Shown piece by piece: positions 1-12,447 of a stretch of 64,000 bases of DNA (positions are counted from its first letter, which is position 1; the number at the start of each line of letters is the position of its first letter). The stretch is taken from positions 148,531-212,530 of the forward strand of contig NW_005434634.1 in the NCBI RefSeq assembly GCF_000315625.1, written 5' to 3'. The position numbers were made by a program, and so were the translations under genes. This DNA is from Guillardia theta CCMP2712 (Eukaryota > Protista > Cryptophyta). The notes beneath the pieces are model-generated. The model saw nothing but the letters and a program-made list of their open reading frames with translations, was not told the DNA's origin and did no database searches.

Positions 1-451
1 GGGGCCGGGGAGGCCGAGGGAACAGCTTCCTCTACCTTTGCTGTTGTGATCTTCACGTTGACGTCAAGGAGCTGCTGAGGAGCTACAGAAGACTTCGGGC
101 TTGGAGCGGCAGACAGGGGAGTATAACCAGTCGGCTGGCGGACTATGTCGCAATCAAACTCTCTGCCTTCTCTGCTTATCCTAAACCTGACGCTCGTCCC
201 GATCTGACCAATGATGAGCGGCCTCACTTGCTCCAGCGGTTTCCCGTACTTCACCCCGACATACACTGAGTCGACGCTCCTGATCACATCGCGAACAGAA
301 ACCTGGCCCGAACGATGCGCAGCTCCTCCTGGGACCACTTCCTCCACCTGCAAAGCAGTGAGGCATTGAAGGAGCGTTGGAGAGGACAGACCTCGATCAC
401 TCCTGAGACCTCCCTGAGGACAAGTCCAACTCCACATTGAGGCGATGCCAT
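1..451 (-). CDS. PDZ-domain protein, multi-exon, 3' part outside window
   Basis: Spliced reading MASPQCGVGLVLREVSGVIE / VEEVVPGGAAHRSGQ / VKYGKPLEQVRPLIIGQIGTSVRFRISREG matches the PDZ pattern (GxGL loop, 'PGGAA', 'IxGxxGTxV'). Confidence 0.7.
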
Positions 452-539
452 CTGTGCGAAGCGAGACAACTCCCTCCGTCCCTCGATATTGTTTTCTCCT
501 TCCCTTCTACTCACACTCTCCCCTCCACTCTCAAGCTGA

Positions 540-653
<114 letters not shown>

Positions 654-848
654 TGACTGAAATCAAGGGAACACTTCAGTACCGGGCAGATTTCAAATGG
701 AATATTCAAATTTTAGTAGGACAACGTCCAGCTCGATTCATCGTCACCAGCACAGTGGTCCCTGACGATCTCCGAGACTGACGGTGAAGATACTGATAGA
801 GGACACGCACGTGGAGGTAAGGGGTGGGGAAAGGGGGGCGACACAAGT

Positions 849-1624
849 TTACTTGAGTACATCCTCCATCAGCTTGTTCAAGCTCTCGTAGATCTTGAAG
901 ATCTTGTCCCTGTTGAGGTAGATCCCTCCGATCACACCCGAGAGGACCACGACATCCGCAGCCCTGGTCACAGCAGCCTGCCGAGATGTATCAATGCTCC
1001 CGAACAACTTCACCGCCCGACGCAAGAAGATCAAATGGACCGGGATCTTTATCTTCTCTCCGGTAGGCAAAGGATCGTCTTCGCTAGCCCACGGTGCCTT
1101 CATCGACCCCTCGTCCTTGCACGCTTCAGGTCAATCTAAACCTCATGCCACAGTCAACAACATTCTTCTGAGTGATCTCGTCGATCTGCTTTTTCCTCTC
1201 TGCCATCCTCGCCGGGTCCTGAACCACGGTCAACACAGAAAAGACAAGTTTCGGTCCTGCCTTTGTTCTTGATTCCAGCTTCTGGAACAGCTCACTCTTG
1301 GAAAGAGCCTTCATCTCCGCCTACAGCGCGTCAAGTGAGAGGAAGCAGGATCAAGCTCTGTCACTGACAGCCTCCAGCATCCTCAGGCGCTCGTTCGCAG
1401 CTTGGGCCTTCTGCTTCACGTCTCCTTTGGCGAGACCTTCAATGGTGCTGATCGACTTCTCCGCAACCTGGAATGGCCAACAATCGGAGCAAGCAACCCA
1501 ACGCACAAGCTCTCAAGCTCTCGCTTACATCCTGCACTGGGATCTTGGCTGGGGCACCACACTCCACACTGTTTGAGCGATAATCTGTCTCGCCGCACCC
1601 TCCTTCCAATCTAGAGCCCACATG
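849..1624 (-). CDS. Hypothetical multi-exon protein with coiled coil and C-terminal hydrophobic segment; may be the 3' part of the gene at 1995-2459
   Basis: Coding-like segments (..AQAANERLRMLE.., ..ARMAERKKQIDEITQKN.., ..VVVLSGVIGGIYLNRDKIFKIYESLNKLMEDVLK*) separated by short GT-AG introns. Confidence 0.45.
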
Positions 1625-1994
1625 TCAGAGAATCTGAATGATTCTCCTCTCCGTAAGGAATCAAAGATCACTTTGGTTGTTCACGGACGGTGACGCGATC
1701 GACAGGAATAGTTGGGTTGAAGTCAAAGGAGACCACCTTCAGACTAGGTCACAGAAGGACTGACATGTCTAACAAAACACGATGGAGACAACAAGAGGAG
1801 AAGGAAGAACAATGAAGCGAAGGAAAACCAAGAAGCGAACAACACAATGATTTGAGCTGCAATATCAGAACAGTCTATCTCTCATGCCTCATTGAGATTG
1901 TTCTCTCTCTTGATCTGCTTCTCTCGTCTCTTGTCCGAATCAGCTGCACTGAGCTTCTGATCACATGCACGATTTCAGTCAGCAGGCTGATCAA

Positions 1995-2459
1995 TCACGA
2001 AGCAGTCGTCTTTGTGCCGTACCGTGTCTGTTGGTTTCTCCCACTGCGTTTGTTTAGTATCCACGTTGTAGTAGTAAACCTTCCCATCTGTTCACAGGCG
2101 TCAGGTAGCGCAGTCAGCTTCACTGAGTCTTCACCACTGGTGGATGCTGTGGCCCATCCGTTGGGCAAGGTGGTGTCGACTGAGATGAGGTACTGGGCAG
2201 CGTAGGACGGGGCAGTGAAAGCATCGGCCGTTGCAGGCAGCACAAACGTAGTGGCACCAAGGAAACCTGCTATGACCCTCCTCCCACAATCTTGAAACAA
2301 TGACATCCTGGTCTGACTGGCCATGCTCTGACGAGCTTGCGGAGCAGAAGCCGCGAGACATTTGGAATGATAGATCTGAGCTGGGTTCTGAGCTGAAAGG
2401 AGCGAAGGAGCGAACGCATCTGCCATGGCGGCTCCCACCAAGAGCGCAAAGATCCGCAT
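1995..2459 (-). CDS. Putative plastid/thylakoid-lumen targeted protein
   Basis: MRIFALLVGAAMADAFAP (signal peptide + AF motif), Ser/Ala/Arg-rich transit peptide, then RR-hydrophobic-ADA (twin-arginine lumen-type signal). Confidence 0.55.
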   Translation of the reverse strand: MRIFALLVGAAMADAFAPSLLSAQNPAQIYHSKCLAASAPQARQSMASQTRMSLFQDCGRRVIAGFLGATTFVLPATADAFTAPSYAAQYLISVDTTLPNGWATASTSGEDSVKLTALPDACEQMGRFTTTTWILNKRSGRNQQTRYGTKTTAS

Positions 2460-2959
2460 GGCCCCTCTGTTTATGTGACACCCCTGGCCCACATCCCCCT
2501 ATTGGCAGATCGGGCCCGGAACCAGGCCCGGAACGCTGCCCGGAACGGCAGAGAAGCACTGACCTAACATGTCTATCGAGCAAATGTTTCCATCTGCCGC
2601 AGTGAAAAATCATCACTTCGTGGAATCTTGTCGTCATGATATTGATTTTGGATTTGGATGTCGGATATCTGAGAACGGTCCCTCCTTCCTCATAAGCAGT
2701 GAAGAAAATGTCAAAGAAAGGGGCAACACGAACAAATGAGCTCAGATGATTGTTCGAAAGGTGAATGATAATAAAGACTGATGCTTCACATCTTGATTGA
2801 GAGTGTTTGTTTAACGTGTTCATTTTTCATGTGACAGTGTTGGATTCTAATAAGCACATTGATTGAGCGATTCTTACTCAACAATTCTCGGCCCCTGTAA
2901 CTGCAGGAGGCAGCACGTGTGGTCCTGCTGCTCAGTCATCGCCGCACCTGCTCTCCCTC

Positions 2960-5900
2960 TCACTCGCATCGGAGGTTTCGGAACTGCACGTATCGTTTGT
3001 GCCCGTCGAGGGTCTTGAGCTTGTGAAACTCGTCCAGGATCAGCTGTAGCTCGCAGATGTGCCCTTCGACCCCCCTCTTCCTCGTCTCGTCGCTCACCAC
3101 CCGCAGGTTGATCGCAATGTCTCTGTACCCTCCCGATACCTTGCTGTCGAAGTCTGGATCCAGCCTGTTCTTCGTCCGCATCACCTCGATCTCCGGGTCT
3201 CTGGCGATCTTGTCCAGGCAGTCGCAGAGTTGGTCGAGGTCCCTGAAGACGATGCTCTGCCGCACCACGTCCGTGAGCTTGTAGACGCAGTAGTTGTACG
3301 ACCGCACGAGCTTCTCGATCGATCTGGTGGCGTTCTTGATCTTGGCCCAGCTGACTGAGCCCTCCAGCCTCGGGTCTGCGATCGCGTCTCGCCAGCGCAC
3401 GTACTGCGGCTCGTCGGCCTCAGACTGCGCCAAGAAGAAGCCGTCGGAGGCCTCGGCCAGGGCCTTGACCTTGGAGAGGAAGATGGGGTCGATGACGAGG
3501 GCCTGGGCGTACAGCTGGTCGAGAGACACGATGCGCATGTACTCCATTCCTCCGAACCTCGACGGCAAGAAGCTCCAGGCGCCAGGGTCTCGGTAGCAGG
3601 TGATGAGGGGGTCGAAGATGCCTAGGTCTTTGCGTAGAGGCATGAGATCTCTGCGAGACTTCTGCTCTACTTTGCGGGAAGAGACCTCAGGGTGACACAG
3701 CCTTTTGATCCTGGCGAGCTGTTCTCTGCAGCTCTCCAGCGAGACGTACCGGCTCCAGCACGCGTCGTACTTGAGTCGGTCGGGCTCGACTTGCTGCACG
3801 GCCTTGCGGTACAGGTAGTCCCTCTTCAGACGAAAGTAGAGCCAGATTGCGCCCAGGACGTAGGATGTGAATGGAATGTAAGATATATCGAAGGGAGTTT
3901 GAAACCAAGAGGACGATATACAGACGTTGAAGATGGTTGTGTAGATAACATAGAGAGGAAGTACGTGCAGCGAGTATTGCTCTTTGAATTGCAGCGTCAT
4001 CCCGTAACTCAAATCGGCTATTCCCCAAACAAGATTCAGATTCCCCAGGATACTCTGAGAAGATAAAGGTAATGCGACCACGAGCTCCGCAAATCCCACA
4101 ATATGGAACGGTGAAGCGATGCAGAACTTGACAATCTTTGACTTTCGCAGAACGGCAAACACCCCCCCAAGAAAACAAAAACCCGCCTGGAATGTGAAGA
4201 TTACAAAGATCATGTTTTCCGTCCATGGTTCTCGCAAGTCAAAGGAGATGGTGCGCCCGTCTTGCATTCCTGCAGGGGAGTGGCAGAAGGAGATTGCTGC
4301 ATGGTCGGCACAAGAGAAGGAGTACACCATACTCCAGTCCTGGTCGGCGATGTGCTGCAAGTCTGAGCCCTCATTGAGGCGATACAAAGAGAAGTTGTAG
4401 GGATTGAAGGGAAGCACAGAGAGAGTCGCGCTCAGGTCAAGCTGCCACCCGTTGCCTCTCGTCACCTTGTCGTACGTGTAAAACACTGATGAGTTTGACA
4501 CCGAGACAGCAGAAGGATAGAACCGCCGACACGAGTCTTTAGTCATCGCAAACGACCGATGCAAAAGGGAGCGCGATGGCGAAGATAAAGCAATCGAAGG
4601 ATCAGCATTGACGTCTAGACGATACTGCCGGGCACCGATTTCTCCATTTGCCAGTATGGAATATGTTCTCACCCACGAGCCACTCGCGATCGAGAATGCA
4701 AATGCACCTGAGACCATGAAAAGGATCAGCTGAAAGAAGGGTTTGTAAGAAGCGCTTCTGATTGGCGTCGACGAGTACATGATGGTAGACGTGGCGACAT
4801 CCACAACACCATGCGAGCTGCTGAAGAGATAATCATCCAGAATGTTCCCTGGGTAGAGCCCCTTGAAGATTGCCACAGCATCTTCTGACTTGCTTGCAGA
4901 TACCTGACATAGCAAGAGCGAAGAGCAGACCTCTGAAGGAGAGACGGCAGCTTCCATCGGAACGGTCGGAAACATCCAGCGCCATATCCGCGTCGCCAAC
5001 GGAGCATCGATATATTTTCTCGGTAGCTTCGAAGTCCCCTTACGGAAACGGAGAACATGCTTCACTCGCTGATACTTGTCAAACATCTCTCTCCTGGCCT
5101 TGCGGTGCAGCGGAAACAAAGCCAACCGCAGCTCGCAGATGTGCCCCTCGACCCCCCTCTTCCTCGTCTCGTCGCTCACCACCCGCAGGTTGATCGCAAT
5201 GTCTCTGTACCCTCCCGATACCTTGCTGTCGAAGTCTGGATCCAGCCTGTTCTTCGTCCGCATCACTTCGATCTCCGGGTCTCTGGCGATCTTGTCCAGG
5301 CAGTCGCAGAGTTGGTCGAGGTCCCTGAAGACGATGCTCTGCCGCACCACGTCCGTGAGGCGAGAGACCTCAGAGTCACAGAGCAGCAAGACTTTCTCGA
5401 TCGATCTGGTGGCGTTCTTGATCTTGGCCCAGCTGACTGAGCCCTCCAGCCTCGGGTCTGCGATCGCGTCTCGCCAGCGCACGTACTGCGGCTCGTCGGC
5501 CTCAGACTGCGCCAAGAAGAAGCCGTCGGAGGCCTCGGCCAGGGCCTTGACCTTGGAGAGGAAGATGGGGTCGATGACGAGGGCCTGGGCGTACAGCTGG
5601 TCTAGGCTGCTCCTCATGCGGTTCTCGACCTCAATCTCCTTGTCTATCTCAGATTCACCAGGAGTAGGGCTGGAGTCGGAGCTAGGCAAGATGAAAGTAG
5701 GACCATAGGGCCCCCATCCTCGTACTATGCGTAGAGCCTCCGTCAGCCGAAACATCGACTGGCTGCCTTTCACCTCTTCCCATTCCTTCTCGAAGACTGA
5801 CGAGCTGTGCATGGCTTCGCTCAAGGTCCTCGATCTCGTGAGCTCCCGGTGGACCATGAAAAGAGCAGTCGCCGCCATCATGCAGATGCTCTCGTACCTC

Positions 5901-6749
5901 ACTCGTCCTCCTCCCAAGGCAGAGCCCAACATCGCGAGGTGGGCCAAGAAGACCTGTTCTATCACGTAAAGCTCGTTGAAGAGCAAAGGAACGGGAAACA
6001 AGAAGAGATCCTGACCATGAGCAGGTGTCAACACCGCAGCTACATGTACAACAGAAGATCAACCGTGATCGCGTAGACAATAAACTCATGTCGTGATCCC
6101 CCGATCGCAGTTTCCTTGTAACCCTCGGACACCATTTGGAAGAAGATGATCAAGTTCAGCAGCCCGTCGAGCAAGCCAACGAAGATCAGGACCTGTGCGC
6201 ATGCGTCACCTGAGAGTATCAGGGCCCGACCGAGTGTGGCACCTGTTTTGTTCGATGAAATCTGCTCCAGCTCGCAAGGAAGCCAGAGACCATGACTGCA
6301 ATTGCAGCGATGTATCTAGTGGCCAGTTGCAGGGACAATTCCCATGAGCAAGCGACATGGCTGTTTTGAAGATAGTCCTGTAGCAGAAACTCTGATGGCC
6401 CTCCTTTGGTAGGGATCAGAGAGAAGTAGCCGGAGGATTCAATGCCGTGAAGAGTAATCGACTCGAGGATGATCCACAGTACACCAACTACGATGAGGAT
6501 GATCTGCACGGGACGCAAAGTGAGCAAGGCAGACAGGGGCTCGTGAGAAAATAGAATCAGCCATGGGTTGATCCTGTACACTCGTCTCTCTGCAGTGTTT
6601 CTTTGAAGAAAGTCCCCGCTTGTATGCATGTAAAGGTTGGAGAACCCAGGCTTGAAATCCGTCCTTGCAGGAGTTTGAATGAAGTCGGGGTCGGCCTGCT
6701 GACCTTCAACTTCGATCTCAATGCTGTGACCCGCGTCTCTTACAGCCAT
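2960..6749 (-). CDS. Multi-pass membrane protein with two RelA/SpoT-like nucleotidyltransferase domains
   Basis: 1024-aa ORF plus upstream exon(s). Twice contains K..RSIEK, LTDVVRQSIVF, KNR, SGGYRDIAINLRV and HICEL(Q/R)L, matching the RelA_SpoT synthetase motif series. Each domain is preceded by a cluster of hydrophobic helices. Confidence 0.75.
3049..3520. repeat. Intragenic 472-bp direct repeat, copy 1 (partner 5131-5602)
   Basis: Near nucleotide-identical to 5131-5602 at offset 2082 except a divergent patch at about 3277-3313. Confidence 0.95.
5131..5602. repeat. Intragenic 472-bp direct repeat, copy 2
   Basis: Matches 3049-3520. Confidence 0.95.
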
Positions 6750-6766
6750 GTTGAGTGCTTAGTTGC

Positions 6767-6904
6767 TGCAGCCTCCTCCTCCTCCTCCGCAGCCTCCTCC
6801 TCCGCAGCCTCCTCCTCCGCAGCCTCCTCCTCGGCAGCCTCTTCCTCGGCAACCTCCTCCTCCGCAGCCTCCTCCTCCGCAGCCTCCTCCGCAGCCTCCT
6901 CCTC
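6767..6904. repeat. GCAGCCTCCTCCTCC 15-bp minisatellite
   Basis: About 9 imperfect tandem units. Confidence 0.9.
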
Positions 6905-7081
6905 GTTTCAGGAGGGGTTCACTGATCTGTATGAGTTGGCCCAGAGCTTTCATTCCGATACAATTCTCTAGAGTTTTTTTATGTATATGAGATTTTTTTT
7001 GTTTTTGTTTTTTGAATCTATATTGGATTTGCGCTATGATCTTTTAAATGACCTTTATATGGAGCGGTCATTCGCCTCTCC

Positions 7082-7116
7082 TGATTGTCCTCGTACTGAT
7101 CTTTAACTTAACTTTG
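7082..7116 (+). repeat. Dispersed intergenic motif (GATTGTCCTCGTACTGATCTTTAACTTAACTTTG)
   Basis: Near-identical copies at 24626-24666 and 24711-24751; degenerate copies at 25002-25069. Confidence 0.85.
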
Positions 7117-7655
7117 CCAGTTGAGTAATGAGAAGTGATCGGCTGCCCCCGGCCCGGCGCGGCGAGTTGACGCCGCCGGCGGCCCCGGGGCCCGACTAAC
7201 TGTTACCCAAATTTTTAACTGTAGTAAGGGGGTAGGGGTAGGTGCAGCGAAGCGCACGTGAACACGGAAATCGAATGTGCAGGGAGTGACCGAGGTTAGG
7301 ACGAGGGGAAATGAACAGACGAGCAACAAGATGGTCATTCAATGCAAATTCCATAATAGATAAAAGGGCATGAAGAGGCGAGAGAGTTCTTCTTCTTGTT
7401 TGATTTTTGGTCCATGATGATCAAGGATTTACAGAATAGTTTTGTGTGACGAACACACACGAGTCTTTTCGCAGGAAGACTGTGAGGCTCATACTGTGAG
7501 ATGTAATTCCATGTATGACCTCCTTTGAATATGGTGTAAATCCACTACTTTTGAGTGATACAATTTGCAACTATCTTTACGCTTTGAGGGACTTGCAACT
7601 TGACTTTATATCCCACAGAGTGCGTGAACATCCTGCAAAGAAGACTGAAGTAAGC

Positions 7656-8472
7656 ATGAGGGATAGAGGCGGGAGTATAAAGAAACTTGGTAGAACTGGC
7701 AGGTATTCGTGACAGACTAGTGTGCTTGTGTTATATTGAACCAAGATCGCAGGGAAGTTCCAAGTGACGAAAAGTTGTCTGGGGTATCATTGGGCACCCC
7801 GGAAGTTCAGATTCAACCAGGCGGAACAGTTTTTGCAAAATCCAGATTGAGTTATCCCAATGATAAAGATGAAAGTGAAAGTGCTACAAGACCTGCACAA
7901 GTGAAGGGAATGCCTGTGTCTGGTCGTCAATGGAAGTTGGATTGCAAACGTTCAAGTTCGATGCGGGTTGCGAACAAGTTGATACGTAAGTTGAATTATG
8001 CTTATGTTGATATGAGTCAAGAGCATTGGCTCACCATGATCTTAAACAGGGAAAAGCTGGGATGAAAAGATGAAAGAAAGAGCACGAGATAAACAAATCA
8101 AAGCGAAGCAGGACGCTTTGGTACAGGTTCGCTTGAGAAGTTGTTTATTCAAAACTTGTGTTGACAAGCTGCTTTCTAGGCGAGAATAGATGAGAAGCGA
8201 GAGAAGAAACGGCTGGCTGAAGAGCGACAGAAGAGAAAGGAGGAAAACAGATTGAAGGGAGCTGTGGTCCAGGTATTTGGCTTGAGATGATGTTTGTTTC
8301 ATTTTCTCGGTCTTGACTAGAATTGCAGTCTATCAGCACAATGAAGGTAAAGAAGATGTCAAGAAAGCAGTTGAGAATGATCAGAAAGATGGACACAAGC
8401 AACGAGGGTAAAGTATTTGATCTCAAACCCATCGAAAAGACGAAAGGTCTCAAAGGGAAAGTGAAGATCTGA
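7656..8472 (+). CDS. CGR1/CCDC86-like rRNA processing coiled-coil protein, multi-exon
   Basis: GMPVSGRQWK, KSWDEKMKER, EENRLK..VVQ, KVKKMSRKQLRMIRKMDT motifs typical of the Cgr1 family. Confidence 0.75.
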
Positions 8473-8796
8473 TGGAGAGAGCCATTGGCTGGAGTTTCGA
8501 ACTGTGTTGCATTAGTTGAAGTTCATTCACAAGAGCATAAAGTCAGGGTCTTCAAAACCTTGTGTGTGAATGTGCGTTTCAGTTTGCCACTTCAATATTA
8601 TCAACACTATCTTGTAATGCCACTCGCTGGATACCATCAGCGGCACCCGGTGACCGTCGTGTCACCGGCCGCTAAGTCACTGTCACAGTGTGACGCGGCC
8701 CGGCCGCCTCCGAGTCAGCCTCGGAGCATGCCAATGAGTGCCGGGCCCCGGCCCGCGGGTCTTCTTCAGAGCCTTTCTGGGATCCTTTTGGCGCCA

Positions 8797-10614
8797 ATGG
8801 GCTCCTCGAGCACGAGGAGGTAGAGGGGCAGGAGCACAAAAGCAGGAGGCGGAGTCAAAGACATCCACAACATAATGTCTGCATGCTCAGATCCGCACAA
8901 AGAGATCGCAACGTCGATGCTGCTCGCTTGAGCTCGGTTGTTCAGGACGTAAAGAATGTCAGCCAAGAAGAGTAAGTTTTCACCATTGCCTTTCATTTCT
9001 GGTGCTGTTGTACGGGCACATGTTGGGTCTAATCCTGGGAGGAAATCGTCTTCAGCAGAGAATGCAGAGTATGTCTGTTGATGTTGTTCTGCATGAATCT
9101 CAATTTTTGCATTGTGCAGGTCAAGTTCGACGGGGCGAGGAACTCAAATGAAGATCACTGATGCATTCATGACACCAAAGACAGTCTTGAAATCAAAACC
9201 ATTGCAGGTTGAGAAGAAAGAATCAAGGCCTGTTGAAAGAGACTCAGCTGCCGATTGCATGTGCATTGATGACGATATTCCAGCCAGCAAGTCACCACCA
9301 TGCACAATTCAGAAGAACGTTCACCTAAAGAGCGAGTTATCTGCCAAGTTATTTGTAACACCACAACACAGCAAGGCAAGGCACGAGGGCTCGGAAGTCT
9401 CCAAGACAAGAATGGGGGTGTGCCTTGCCAAGGATCCCATAATGGATTTGACCCTCTGTGAACCCGAATCCAGTCATTCCACAGCCTCATCAGAATTGAA
9501 ACGTCCAAAAGAGATTGGAACCTTTGTGTCCGACAACAAGAAAAGATGTACTGATGAGTCTCTGGATAATGTTCCAGATTTTGATTTCACTCTACCTTGT
9601 TCGCCTCCTCGCCAGTTCCGTAATGCTGATACCCAACAAACAGCAGAGTCGAACGTGGCGCATGGAGCCTCTTCGTCTCGAAGAACAGGAAGAGCTTTGA
9701 GCCTGCAGCCAAGGTTTACTCATAGCACGCGAGATAGAAGATTTTCTTGGTCAACTGGCGGGGCTCAAATCGAATCAGATCATTCCCTCTCAGGAATTCC
9801 CACTACCTCTGAGGTGACGAATGATTCTACATCAATCCGAGGGTCTTGGATTGATCATATGAACGAAAATGAGCTTGTTAACTTCTCTTCCGACGACGAG
9901 GGCGAAGGTGATACTGAAATGTTCATAAAAATCCATTGAGATTTGCGCATATAGCAGAGGGAAATGAAAGTCAAGGAAGCGACGAAAGTGATAGCGACAG
10001 TGACATCAGCAGCATAGTGGGGATGTTGTTGACAGATGAACAGCTTGCGAGAATGCGCGACATGCGACAGGTGAGAAATATTCTGTCGTTACACGAGAAG
10101 TTTACATTCATGGGCAGAATGAGACCACGGATTCCAGGCCGAGACATGGAGATCAGGGAGAATCAAGGATGAATTCTTCACGTATACACGAGGGGTCGAG
10201 GACCTCGAAAGGAAGCGGAAGATCAAGACTTCCAAATGGAAACGGGCTGTCTCAATCTGGAAACGGCAACGGATATTGGATAACAGAGCGATACGGAGCG
10301 CTGCAGGTAACTTTGTAATTGCCTTCTACCTTGATTTTTATATATGGTTTGGTCAGGGACAATACCGCCATGTGTTTGTGGATGGCGAGGGAAGAAAATT
10401 GACCGGGAAAGCAGCGTGGGCAGCAAGTCGAGGGACTGGAGTTACAAAGTCGAGGAAGAGAAGGTTCAAGAAATCAGGCAAGTCCAAGAAGAAAGGCTTC
10501 GGCTCCAAGAAGTTCAAAGGACGTTCGAAACCCAACGGAAATATAGATTCGAAAGGTCCACCCAAGAAGCCTTCGATGCGGAAGCCAAAATCTACATTCA
10601 AGAAGGAAAAATAA
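8797..10614 (+). CDS. Hypothetical low-complexity protein with acidic middle and Lys-rich C-terminus, multi-exon
   Basis: 275-aa central exon, acidic DSD tract, C-terminal exon HVFVDGEGRKLTGKAAWAASR..KKSGKSKKK. Confidence 0.55.
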
Positions 10615-10718
10615 AACGCTTCACGTGCACGAATCATGCTTTCGAGAACTGGTTTGTTGATGGTTGGAATCAGTTTCACTCTAGCATGATTCAACGTGAT
10701 ATTTAGACTAGATCAGTT

Positions 10719-11736
10719 TTATTTCTTGTCTTCAACTTTCAAAGAACTCAAGGGAATCTTCATAGTCAACCTCGTTGATCTCTCAAATCCGTACGAAAAA
10801 GCTCCTCTCACAATCTCCTGGGCGTTTTCGTCCTCAGCCACAATCTGAAACATTACTCTTACAATGCGCACGCGAACACTCGAGCAATAGGAAAACCTCA
10901 TATCCCATTCCCTTATAAAGTTCAGTTGCAGCTACATTGCTCTTGCTGACCTGCAGATTCAATCATTCAAAAACTCTTCATTGTTGAACGAGCAAGAGAG
11001 CTGGAAGAGTGACTCAACAACTTACCTCGAGCCACACAGATTCTTCTTCCTTCCCCAGCTCCAACGCTACGTCATGCGCTGCCTTCATCAGTTGCCTTGC
11101 AACTCCTTTTCGGCGGCACTTCTGTGAAACGGCAAGATTTGCGATGTACAACCGACGTTCGAACTGATCAGCAGGGTCCAGGAGGGACAGGCCTGGGCCC
11201 ATTGACAACTTGAAGTCGTTCTCCTCCTTACTGTACAAGGTCCGACTCACGTCCACGAACCCGACGAGCATTCCTTCAACATCGATGGCGACAAGAAGCC
11301 TGCCGCACCTCGGCTGCTCTATGTACCTTGAGATTCTGTTCTCGATGTCTCGTTCGATCTCGCGCAGAACAAGCCCTCGTTGTAAGTTGGCGACAGGGTT
11401 GAGGATACTGAGGGCTGACTGCTGCCCATAGAAACTTTCGCAGCTCAGTTGCGACAGAAACCTCACATATCTCTTGTCCATGATCGGCTCCACATAAACT
11501 TCCATCGCCTCCATTCTGACCCTGGGCTGAATATTGCAGATTACAGCTCTTCCCCACCTCTTTTCTGCCCCTGCTTCATGGAGCAGCCTGGATCTGCACA
11601 TGGGTGATACTGGGACATTCTTTCCTGAGATACATGATTTTGGAGCCAACAAGAAGGCGTCAGTGCGACCTGGAACGAACAAGCAAGATACAAACAACGC
11701 TCTCCACCAGATTCCAGGCATGGCAGCGTATGCCAT
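10719..11736 (-). CDS. GNAT-family N-acetyltransferase, likely plastid-targeted
   Basis: LYIANLAVSQKCRRKGVARQLM (acetyl-CoA binding motif A), VWLEV..SNVAATELYKGMGY; N-terminal signal + DAF motif. Confidence 0.85.
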
Positions 11737-12447
11737 GCCACCTATGACATGATCAAGTCAGTAAGGTCACAATGAATTCAATATGCGACATGTTGATTTT
11801 TGCCCTCTGCTCAGCATCTCTCTGCATTGTAATCTCTCGATACCAACGTGAATCCCCTCGTTTTTGTGATAATCGTCCTTCTCTCACTCTTCCTTAATCT
11901 GTTTGTCTCAACATTTCTGCTCTACGTTACTCAAACAAGCAGAGACAGCTAGGAGGAGTAAGTTCTTCTAGCAAGGACAGCAAAATCCTCTGCCAGACTG
12001 GCATGCAGGAGCGGAACGTCCCAGCCGCCATTGTGCATGTCCCTGTGCCATGTCGGACAGTCTTCGTTCAATTACCTCAAGCCCGCCTCAAGGGGAAAAT
12101 GATGGGCGGAACAAGAAATGAGAACAAGTCCCGGAGACTAATCGCATTTTGATAGCTTTATTTCACATCTTTGAGAAAGTTCACTGTTTAGTCTGTTGTT
12201 GCATCTTTGAAGATCCATATTGGATCTTTTTCTCTTTCTGCTTTGAATATCTTGCTTTATCTCTTACGCACAGATCTATCATGAGTCTAGTGACATGTCA
12301 TTGATCATTTACTGACCTTGCCAATTATGAATGACTTCGGCTGTTATTTCTCATCTCATCACAGCTAAGTATTTCCGATCTCTCCCAATCATAGAATATC
12401 CAAATTGTCAATAGATGACCGCACCGGACTCCAGCCTAACAGTGAGT

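Noticed and set aside
6603-6990. Gly/Cys-, Pro- or Ser/Ala-rich ORFs
   Set aside because: Open frames produced by a 15-bp minisatellite; an in-frame stop separates them from the downstream exon
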